Below are positions 1 through 7,471 of a DNA stretch of 64,000 bases, one piece after another. Source of the stretch: Elusimicrobia bacterium UBA5214 (GTDB lineage: Bacteria > Elusimicrobiota > UBA5214); NCBI GenBank assembly GCA_002412545.1, contig DHVG01000001.1, positions 206,766 to 270,765 on the forward strand, read 5' to 3'. A program made the position numbers and the translations under genes. The stretch's first letter is position 1; the number at the start of each line of letters is the position of its first letter. Under the pieces are notes generated by a model, which worked only from the letters and a program-made list of their open reading frames with translations, had not been told where the DNA came from and ran no database searches.

Positions 1-64
1 TCTTATGTAATTTTTATTACTTTTTGAAGAAATTCAAAAAATAAAAAAAATTTAGAAAATATAC

Positions 65-93
65 TTGACAGTTTTTTATATAGGATGTATAAT
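65..93 (+). promoter_or_regulatory. Consensus sigma70-type promoter: TTGACA (65-70), 17-bp spacer, TATAAT (88-93), upstream of the MerR-like gene
   Basis: Exact -35 and -10 hexamers with 17-bp spacing, read directly from the sequence; the ATG of the downstream ORF lies about 65 nt further on. Confidence 0.5.
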
Positions 94-160
94 TTACAAT
101 ACTTGGTGTTTCGTATACCATACGCTAATCAAAAGATACTATAAAAAGGAAATTAAAACT

Positions 161-445
161 ATGAAAAACAAAAACACGGTGGTTATTCCTTTCACTCTCG
201 GTGCGGTATCCAAAAAAACAAGTGTGCCGAAAGGTACCCTGCGTTATTGGCAAGATAGACATAATCTTTTTAAACCTATTGCTCACGATGAACAAGGTAA
301 TCCTCTTTATTCTCCAGAAGTTGTAGAAAGGATAAAAAAAATTAAGTTATTTCGTAATTCTGGTCTTGAGATAGGTGCAGTGAAAAATAGACTTCGGATA
401 ATAGGAAATTCCAAGAGAAAAAAACGCTGGGTTGAAAAAGGGTAA
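161..445 (+). CDS. MerR-family HTH transcriptional regulator (short form, about 94 aa; the track ORF 65..445 probably starts at the internal ATG 161)
   Basis: The segment TSVPKGTLRYWQDRHNLFKP...YSPEVVERIKKIKLFRNSGLEI matches the MerR HTH signature. The stop overlaps the next start (ATGA at 445), which implies translational coupling. Confidence 0.6.
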   Translation: MKNKNTVVIPFTLGAVSKKTSVPKGTLRYWQDRHNLFKPIAHDEQGNPLYSPEVVERIKKIKLFRNSGLEIGAVKNRLRIIGNSKRKKRWVEKG

Positions 446-2280
446 TGATTAAAACTATTATCTCAATCATTTCAATTCTTTTATTATTTTGTGAGAGTGG
501 AAGTCCACAAAGAGAAAGTATTGGAATTGGTAAAAAAATTGCCGACCTTGAACTGAATAGGAGAGAAGAAGCAATTGGTGAAAAAATAAAAAACCGTATA
601 GAAGAAACTCTCAATCGTTACTATTCAAGAGAAAGTTATATAGTCCAGGTATACGTATCTTTAGAAAAAATGCTTCCCACAGAACCTCCTAAGCTTAGTA
701 AGAAAGTTAAAGTTGAAAAGGAAACATTTCTTCCTGGTTTACCTGCGTTGCCACTTGAAGAGTCATCACCTGAATTGAAAGATATCCTTGTTGACCAGTT
801 GACTTTTTCACCTAACTTCAGAATATTATCTATTATTGTAAATATTCTCTTAGATGAAAGAAAATTTTCCACTGCTGATGTAGATTTTGTTAAAAAAGTT
901 ATCCCCACTTGTGTTGTTTTAGATGAAACGCGTGGGGATACTTTGAATGTTAAAGTTATGCCTTTCCCCCCATCAATTACTTCATTAATAGAAAAAAAAG
1001 TGAAAGAAGAAGTAGTTTCTTCAGAAAAAGAAATTTCTATTTTTGTTCGCTATTTTCCCTATTTACAAATTGGGTTGGGTATATTGGTTTTATTGCTTTT
1101 AGGAATAATGCTGATGGAAATCACAAGTTTAAAAAAGAGTAAAAAGGTACCCGAAGAAATATTACCTACGGGTGTTTATCTTAGACCTACGGGCACACCC
1201 CCTCTTCAAGCACCACCTGCACCAGTTGGGATACAGACTGAATTACCTAAATTAGTGACTGTTGAAGAAGGTAAAACTCTTTTTTATGAATTGAGGCAAC
1301 TTATGGTAACTACTCTTGTAGGTAATCCGGAGATTGTATCAGAAATATTCCACCGTTGGGTTGAACAGGACAAAGAAAACGGCATAAAATCAGTTGCCAA
1401 TTTTTTGAAAGCGACCGAACCCCGACTTATAGAATTACTTGCTCCTCGCTGGGAAGAAGAATTGAGAACAAAGGTTGAATCTGCTATGGGTCAAATAACT
1501 ACTATTGAAAAAGACAGCGTAATAGAAACTTTTAAAAAATTTAGAGAAGAATTTCAAAAAGAACAAGAAATAACAACAACTAGTCAACATAAAGAAGATA
1601 TATTTTATTTTTTAAAACAGTTGGAACCGCATCAAGTTCTTCATATTATTAAAGATGAACCCGTAGGAATAATTGCTATTGCCTTAGCGATGGCAAGACC
1701 TGATGTTTCTACATTAGTTATGAAAGAGTTACCGCAAGAAATATCCGCAAGAATTCCTGTGGAAATGGGTAAACTTAAAAAAATACCCTTAACTACTCTT
1801 TCAGAAATTGCTGATAGATTATCAAAAAAAGCACTACAGATTGAAAGTCTGAAGTATGTATCTACTGACGGTACTAAAGCGATAATTGATTTACTTGAAC
1901 ATTCTTCACCGGAAATGGAAAAACAAATCTTGGCTAATATTGTCCATCAAGATCTTAAACTTGCTGAAGAAATAAAAAAACAATATCTTACTTTTGATGA
2001 TTTAACTCTCGTTATGGACAAACCTTTATCTGAAGTATTGAGAACTATTGATGCTGAGGTCATTGTCAAAATGTTAGTTGGTTCACCAGTTGAAATAAAA
2101 GAAAAAATTTTAGCCAATTTACCCAGTAGGATGAAAACTATTGTTACTGACGGTCTTTCTGCAATTAAAGAAGAAATTTCTTCTGAAGAAATACAGGAAG
2201 CACGAAAAGTGTTATTGGCGAAATTGCGCGATTTAGCAAAAAGTGGTAAGCTTGAGTTGACTAAAAAAATAATTTCATAG
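445..2280 (+). CDS. Membrane protein with a FliF-like N-terminal part (signal/TM, about 180-aa periplasmic domain, second TM) fused to FliG-like middle and C-terminal torque domains
   Basis: Hydrophobic N-terminus and a TM helix at about aa 206-226 (GLGILVLLLLGIMLMEI). A periplasmic stretch ending in ...DETRGDTLNVKVMPF resembles the FliF/YscJ ring-motif C-terminus. Residues about 380-440 (EPHQVLHIIKDEPVGIIAIALAMARPDV...LPQEISARI) resemble the FliG middle domain. Residues about 500-611 (YLTFDDLTLVMDKPLSEVLRTID...ILANLPSRMKTIV...EEIQEARKVLLAKLRDLAKSGKLEL) match the FliG C-terminal domain pattern. Confidence 0.6.
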   Translation: MIKTIISIISILLLFCESGSPQRESIGIGKKIADLELNRREEAIGEKIKNRIEETLNRYYSRESYIVQVYVSLEKMLPTEPPKLSKKVKVEKETFLPGLPALPLEESSPELKDILVDQLTFSPNFRILSIIVNILLDERKFSTADVDFVKKVIPTCVVLDETRGDTLNVKVMPFPPSITSLIEKKVKEEVVSSEKEISIFVRYFPYLQIGLGILVLLLLGIMLMEITSLKKSKKVPEEILPTGVYLRPTGTPPLQAPPAPVGIQTELPKLVTVEEGKTLFYELRQLMVTTLVGNPEIVSEIFHRWVEQDKENGIKSVANFLKATEPRLIELLAPRWEEELRTKVESAMGQITTIEKDSVIETFKKFREEFQKEQEITTTSQHKEDIFYFLKQLEPHQVLHIIKDEPVGIIAIALAMARPDVSTLVMKELPQEISARIPVEMGKLKKIPLTTLSEIADRLSKKALQIESLKYVSTDGTKAIIDLLEHSSPEMEKQILANIVHQDLKLAEEIKKQYLTFDDLTLVMDKPLSEVLRTIDAEVIVKMLVGSPVEIKEKILANLPSRMKTIVTDGLSAIKEEISSEEIQEARKVLLAKLRDLAKSGKLELTKKIIS

Positions 2281-2320
2281 GAAGTGTCAACATAAAAATA
2301 AAAACTTAAAGGAAAAACAC

Positions 2321-3394
2321 ATGCTAAAAGAGAAGAAAATTAATAAATTGGTAATATTTCTTTTTTTGTTGACGGTTTTAACCAGTGCTCAATTCATTTA
2401 TGCAGAAGGATTGGCTGAGCAAGAAGTAATTGACCTTTTAGATATTTCTTTAAGAAACTTAACTCAGGAGTTGAAAACTCTGAATCCAGAAATTAGGAAG
2501 GTTCTTTTCTATTCGTTAAAAGGAGACCGGAGAAACATTTCTCAGCCGCTTCTTCGGCAACTACAAGGTAAAATAGAATCCACCTTTGTCACTGCTGGAC
2601 TTAAATTAGTTTATGCACCGGGATTTAAACCGATACAAATTGGTGTAAGTGAAGAGCGTGTTTCTTTAGTTTCCGGATTTAAAGACATTGATGAAATGAG
2701 AGAAACAGCGGCGAAACTAAAATTAGATGGTTTTATGGAAGGAGAACTATTTCTTGCCGAAAGAAGACTTCATTTGAATATAAGAATTTTTGATGCGGAG
2801 ACAATGGCTATTGTTTGGAGTAAAGATTTCAGCAATATTCTTCCTACGCCACCACCTAAACCGCGTACAACTGGAATAGATATTGGTTTTGGAGGAGCAG
2901 GTCTAAGTTTGAGTAGAACTGTAGATTCACAAGACCTTTCTGTGCCTTCTTTTGTTTATTATTATACTGCTGACTTGAGGATTACTCAGACATCCGAATT
3001 GATTAAAAACTCAAGGTATATATTTGGTGGACAGATATTTTATCTTTCTGAAGGGGTGGAAAGCAAAAAGATTAGTTTGGTTTCTGGCAAGTTAGTTGGT
3101 GGTGGATTCGCTTTGCGTGGAGGTATTTATTTATCTTTGATTAAAGCACCAACTAAATCTAAGAATAGAAGTTGGTTAGCAACGGAACTTAGTCTAGGTA
3201 AAATATTCAGTCCGGGTGTTTCACAAACAGCTTTTTTTCTTGGTGTAGAGTGTGACATTACCGAGGATATGTCGTCTGCCTTTAGGGTTGCTTATGTTAT
3301 CCCGAAAGAAATTACTGTAGAAACAAGTAAGAAAGTATCTGCAGGTGGAATTTATTATGAAATATCGTTACTGCGTTTCAATTTTAACCCTTAG
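2321..3394 (+). CDS. Secreted, probably outer-membrane-associated protein: CsgG/FlgP/LpoB-like N-domain followed by a beta-strand-rich C-terminal half
   Basis: Signal peptide (LVIFLFLLTVLTSAQFIYAEG). The N-domain pattern (ERVSLVSGF...DEMRETAAKLKLDGFMEGELFLAERRLHLNIRIFDAETMAIVWS) is the same fold-level motif found in the lipoprotein at 47209..48567. The C-terminal half alternates hydrophobic residues and is Gly/Ser-rich, as expected for a beta-barrel or sheet. Confidence 0.45.
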   Translation: MLKEKKINKLVIFLFLLTVLTSAQFIYAEGLAEQEVIDLLDISLRNLTQELKTLNPEIRKVLFYSLKGDRRNISQPLLRQLQGKIESTFVTAGLKLVYAPGFKPIQIGVSEERVSLVSGFKDIDEMRETAAKLKLDGFMEGELFLAERRLHLNIRIFDAETMAIVWSKDFSNILPTPPPKPRTTGIDIGFGGAGLSLSRTVDSQDLSVPSFVYYYTADLRITQTSELIKNSRYIFGGQIFYLSEGVESKKISLVSGKLVGGGFALRGGIYLSLIKAPTKSKNRSWLATELSLGKIFSPGVSQTAFFLGVECDITEDMSSAFRVAYVIPKEITVETSKKVSAGGIYYEISLLRFNFNP

Positions 3395-4475
3395 TACTAT
3401 TGTTTTTTTCTCGGTGAACTTTGTCAAAGATAGACGTATTTTTGCGGCAGAAGCTCCAGCAGTGAGTATTTCTACCCCGGTTACTCCCGGGATACGCGCA
3501 ACAGAAAGTGAATTGAAATATTTTGCAATTCAAGAGGAAATTCGTCAAAAGTATGAAATACGTCTTGCTGAACAAGAAGAAAAAACAAGAAAACTAGAAT
3601 TATTACTTACAGCGTTATCTAACCTTGTGGAACAAGCGATTGCAGAAAAAATGGAATTCGCCAAGAAAATAGAATCACTCTCTGAACAATTAGAAAAGTT
3701 GAGCCAGAGAAAAGATATTTCCCAACCTACACCTGTGGAGAGTGCCCCGGCAAAAAAAGTTGAAAAAACAAAAGTTACCCCGACAAAAAAAGTTGAAGAA
3801 CCACTAAAAAAAGAAATTAGCGAAGGTACAACAAAACAGATGAAAATTGATGAAAAAAGTGGAAAATCTACTTCAGTAGACCAGTATGTTAAAGTCAGAG
3901 TAAAAGATGGAGACCAGGAAGTAGAAATGGTTCTGGACCCCACTTATACTGATATGGCATTTGAATTTCAAGGCAAGAAGCGTCCTACTGAGTTAAAGAT
4001 AGAACCTGAAACAGTGGAAGAAGTACTCCCACCTACAAAAAGCGATATTCAGGTAAAAAAAAGTATTGAAAAAATAATGAAAAAAATTGACGAACTTAGT
4101 TACGATATAGCCGAATTGAAAAGTGAAAAAGGACCACTGCTAGCTGTTCCACCCAGTGAGAAGGGTGTCCCTGTTCCTCCAAGTGAACCCAAAAAAGCGG
4201 AATTGCCTGAATTACCTAAGGATGTTACTGAAGATGTCTTAGTAAGTATTCATCAAGCACAAAAACTATTTTACGCAGGGAAACATCAAGATGCACTGCG
4301 TGAAGTGCGAAAATCGCTTTCTAAAAAGGAAACTGCCTTAGGTTATGCATTATTAGGTTCTATTTACTTTACGATGGGTGACCTTGATTCGGCTCTGTCC
4401 TCCTGGGATGTTGCATTGGAAATAGACCCACTGATGACTGAAGTATCTGAAATATTAGAAAAATACAAAAGATAA
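3357..4475 (+). CDS. Periplasmic coiled-coil protein with a Lys/Pro-rich linker and C-terminal TPR (CpoB/MotX-like architecture); start uncertain (3345 or 3357)
   Basis: N-terminal hydrophobic signal (CVSILTLSTIVFFSV), long heptad-like coiled coil (EQEEKTRKLELLLTALSNLVEQAIAEKMEFAKKIESLSEQLEKL), and C-terminal TPR (ALGYALLGSIYFTMGDLDSALSSWDVALEIDP). Confidence 0.45.
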   Translation: MKYRYCVSILTLSTIVFFSVNFVKDRRIFAAEAPAVSISTPVTPGIRATESELKYFAIQEEIRQKYEIRLAEQEEKTRKLELLLTALSNLVEQAIAEKMEFAKKIESLSEQLEKLSQRKDISQPTPVESAPAKKVEKTKVTPTKKVEEPLKKEISEGTTKQMKIDEKSGKSTSVDQYVKVRVKDGDQEVEMVLDPTYTDMAFEFQGKKRPTELKIEPETVEEVLPPTKSDIQVKKSIEKIMKKIDELSYDIAELKSEKGPLLAVPPSEKGVPVPPSEPKKAELPELPKDVTEDVLVSIHQAQKLFYAGKHQDALREVRKSLSKKETALGYALLGSIYFTMGDLDSALSSWDVALEIDPLMTEVSEILEKYKR

Positions 4476-4479
4476 ATAA

Positions 4480-5394
4480 ATGGGCACTTTTATTGGTATT
4501 CTCATCGGTTTAGGTTTGACTGTTTATTCAGTGTATGCAAGTTGGGAAATTGCGGCATCGACCAAACAAACGCTTACTCTTGCTGCAGCATTCATTAATA
4601 TACCGGGTTTTCTATTAGTAATCGGTGGTGTGATTGCAGCGACCCTTGTATCTTTTCCTCTAAAGGATGTCACGGAAAGTTTTGTTTCTTTTTTCCGAGT
4701 ATTTTTCCGAAAAGAACATAGTTTTATTAAGCGAATAAATGATATTGCTGAAACTTCAGCACTTTATACTAAAAATGGTATTTCGGCATTAGAAGAAAAA
4801 GTGAAAAATAGTGAGATGTCTTTTTATCGTGATGCGTTAGAAATGTTTGTCAATGGTTACAAAAAAGAAGAAATAGTAAAAGTTTGCGAAGATATGATAA
4901 ACGCAAGATATGAACGTGAAGTTATTCAAGCAGATGTATTTAAAGTTATTGCACGAAGTGCCCCTGCTTTTGGTATGATTGGCACGGTTGTTGGTATGAT
5001 TGGTATGTTTGGGAAACTTGCAGAAAAATTCCGTTTAGAAGCAACTATTGGTGAAGCGACTACCGCAGCGGGGTCTGATGCTGCTGGGTTACAATTTACC
5101 ATATTTTTTCTAATGATGGTTGCTCTGACGACAACTTTTTATGGTTTGATTATTGCGAATTTGGTATTTGGTCCAATGGCAAACAAAATTGTCAATCGCA
5201 GTGATTCTACCAGAGCATACTTGTATATGACTCTTAAGGGGGTATTACTCATTTGTGATAAGAGGCACCCCCTATACATCAAAGATATTCTCATCGGGTA
5301 TTTACCCCCAAAATACAGAAAAGAGTTATACAAAGAATTGGAAAAAGAAACATCGCCAGCACGAGTGCCTACACCAAAACCAGCTAAGAAATAA
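4480..5394 (+). CDS. motA: MotA/PomA-family proton-channel stator subunit (4 TM helices, large TM2-TM3 cytoplasmic loop)
   Basis: Two TM helices, then an about 100-aa cytoplasmic loop, then TM3/TM4 carrying the MotA motif APAFGMIGTVVGMIGMF. This topology differs from ExbB/TolQ (3 TM). Confidence 0.7.
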   Translation: MGTFIGILIGLGLTVYSVYASWEIAASTKQTLTLAAAFINIPGFLLVIGGVIAATLVSFPLKDVTESFVSFFRVFFRKEHSFIKRINDIAETSALYTKNGISALEEKVKNSEMSFYRDALEMFVNGYKKEEIVKVCEDMINARYEREVIQADVFKVIARSAPAFGMIGTVVGMIGMFGKLAEKFRLEATIGEATTAAGSDAAGLQFTIFFLMMVALTTTFYGLIIANLVFGPMANKIVNRSDSTRAYLYMTLKGVLLICDKRHPLYIKDILIGYLPPKYRKELYKELEKETSPARVPTPKPAKK

Positions 5395-5408
5395 CCATTC
5401 AACCTCAA

Positions 5409-6341
5409 ATGGAAAACAATCTTGAGCGATTTTCAGAGTCTAATAAACTCAATAAAAAAGAAGATGAAGGTGAATTATGGATACTCTCATACGGTGACCT
5501 AGTCACGTTGTTAGCATGTTTTTTTGTCTTTCTTGTTGGTTTTTCTACCCTTGACTTAAGAGGTTTGTCTAAAACATTGTTCCCCATAGAAACACCCCCA
5601 GAAAAAATAAAACTTGCTTTAGACGAATTTATCAAGGCACGTAAAGAGTTGATTGGTAGTACAAGAACAGAAATACAAAAGGAGGGTGTAATGTTTGAAA
5701 TATATAACGATGCTCTATTATTCCCGGCTGGTAGCGCACAACTTAAAGAAGGTGCAAAAATTTTATTAAAAGACCTATCAAAATTAATGCAGTCTAATCC
5801 ATTCATTAAAGGGCAATCGGTAAGTATAGAAGGACATACTGATTGTGTGCCGATATCCGGTAAACTTGCGGCTATTTATCCTTCTAACTGGGAACTTTCC
5901 GCTGCACGTGCAGCGAGTGTGGCTAGATACCTTATTGAAGAATGTAATTTGGAAGATGACCGTTTTATGGTCTTAGGATTTTCCGACACAAAACCAAGAT
6001 TAAATCCGGATAATCCCAATAAACCGATAAGTGAAAACCGAAGAGTAATTTTTAAGTTTAAGGATTATAAATTCAAAGCACCAAGTTGGAGGAAACTGGT
6101 TCCAAAAAGAACATATAAGACCATTCCTTTAGAGACACAGACGATGCTACCCACAACAACCAGTAACAACAAAAATACTGCACCGCAAACAAAACTTCTC
6201 TGGGCTGCAGCAGAAAAGTTAAGGCAGGAAGGAAAGTATACTGAGGCAAAAGTTTTATATTTGAAAATTCTTCAGGTAGTTCCGAATCATTCACCTTCAA
6301 TAAGAAAACTTCAATTGATTGCAGAAAGTACAAAAAAGTAA
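5409..6341 (+). CDS. motB: MotB-family stator subunit with OmpA-like peptidoglycan-binding domain and C-terminal TPR-like extension
   Basis: Single N-terminal TM with the conserved Asp (ILSYGDLVTLLACFFVFLV). OmpA/MotB motif NWELSAARAASVARYL. C-terminal helical repeat LYLKILQVVPNH. Confidence 0.75.
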   Translation: MENNLERFSESNKLNKKEDEGELWILSYGDLVTLLACFFVFLVGFSTLDLRGLSKTLFPIETPPEKIKLALDEFIKARKELIGSTRTEIQKEGVMFEIYNDALLFPAGSAQLKEGAKILLKDLSKLMQSNPFIKGQSVSIEGHTDCVPISGKLAAIYPSNWELSAARAASVARYLIEECNLEDDRFMVLGFSDTKPRLNPDNPNKPISENRRVIFKFKDYKFKAPSWRKLVPKRTYKTIPLETQTMLPTTTSNNKNTAPQTKLLWAAAEKLRQEGKYTEAKVLYLKILQVVPNHSPSIRKLQLIAESTKK

Positions 6342-6350
6342 AATATTTCC

Positions 6351-7373
6351 TTAATTATCTGCAAAGACAACACAGTTTCTTCCTATTTTCTTTGCCACAT
6401 AAAGTCTCTTGTCAGCTAATTCCACTAAACTTTCAAGATTCTTTCCTTCATCTGGGTATGAACTAACTCCAATTGATACGGTTACTTTACCTAAAGGTTG
6501 TCTCTTACCACCTGGATAGTCAGTATTTTCAATATTTCTCCGCACATCTTCAATAATTGCGATTGACTTTTCTCTTGGTAAATCGTAAAAAGCAATAGCA
6601 AATTCTTCACCGCCATAACGTCCGTAGATGCTATTTTCTTCTCTTATTGTTAACCTCATAACTTCAGCAGTAATTTTAATTGCTTGATTACCGGCTTGAT
6701 GTCCATTGTTATCGTTATAAACTTTAAAATAGTCAATATCAATAATCGCAAAAATTAGAGTATTTACTCCCGATTTCAATATTTCAGTAATTGTGCGCTG
6801 AACATATCCCGAGTTATAGAGATTAGTTAGAGGGTCAGTGATTGCATTTTCGTAAGTGCGTGCATTATGGATAGAAATAGCTACCACATTTGCTAATGCT
6901 TCAATAATTTTCAAATCCTGTGAGTTGAAGAAACCACTTCCGCTTCGTTTATTCAGAATTTCGATTACTCCTAAAAGCCTGTCTGCAAAAACTAACGGTA
7001 CCGCAATCATTGATTTAGTTTTAAATCCGGTTTTCAGGTCAACCCATTTCAAATGTTGTGTAGTATTCCCCACATTGTTCACAATGACTGACTTTAATGT
7101 TTCCGCTACCTTGCCTGCTATTCCCTTACCTAAGGGGATTCTGACCTCTTTTAGTTCATTTGCTTTTTCTCCTAAAGCAACATCAAAATAAAGTTCTTTA
7201 CTTAATTCATCATAAAGCAAAACTGATGCTGCTTCACAGTTTAAAATCTTCTTTGTATTTTCAAGTATCTTAGGTAATAGGTCTTTAAGATTTAATGTCG
7301 AAGAGAATTCTTTTGCTGAGTTAAATAGTAATGTTAAATACTTTTTGGGTAATTCAATAGTTCTTGTTCTCAT
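6351..7373 (-). CDS. GAF domain-GGDEF diguanylate cyclase
   Basis: N-terminal GAF-like region. GG(E)EF active site RYGGEEFAIAF with upstream DxLT..N..Y motifs. Confidence 0.8.
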   Translation of the reverse strand: MRTRTIELPKKYLTLLFNSAKEFSSTLNLKDLLPKILENTKKILNCEAASVLLYDELSKELYFDVALGEKANELKEVRIPLGKGIAGKVAETLKSVIVNNVGNTTQHLKWVDLKTGFKTKSMIAVPLVFADRLLGVIEILNKRSGSGFFNSQDLKIIEALANVVAISIHNARTYENAITDPLTNLYNSGYVQRTITEILKSGVNTLIFAIIDIDYFKVYNDNNGHQAGNQAIKITAEVMRLTIREENSIYGRYGGEEFAIAFYDLPREKSIAIIEDVRRNIENTDYPGGKRQPLGKVTVSIGVSSYPDEGKNLESLVELADKRLYVAKKIGRNCVVFADN

Positions 7374-7471
7374 TTTAGAGCAGACATATTTTTTGAATTA
7401 ATGAATAATTCAATTTTAAGAAACTTCTTTCTTTTTGTCAACCGATGGGTAGTTAGTACACTTTTTATCTT

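Noticed and set aside
4480-6341. MotA/MotB pair as a Zorya (ZorAB) anti-phage system, or as a TolQR/ExbBD energiser
   Set aside because: ZorA has a very long C-terminal tail and is accompanied by zorC/zorD, and neither is seen here. ExbB/TolQ have 3 TM helices with a different loop arrangement, whereas this protein has the 4-TM MotA layout and the MotA motif, and sits next to a FliG-like protein. I kept the CpoB-like neighbour as a caveat only.
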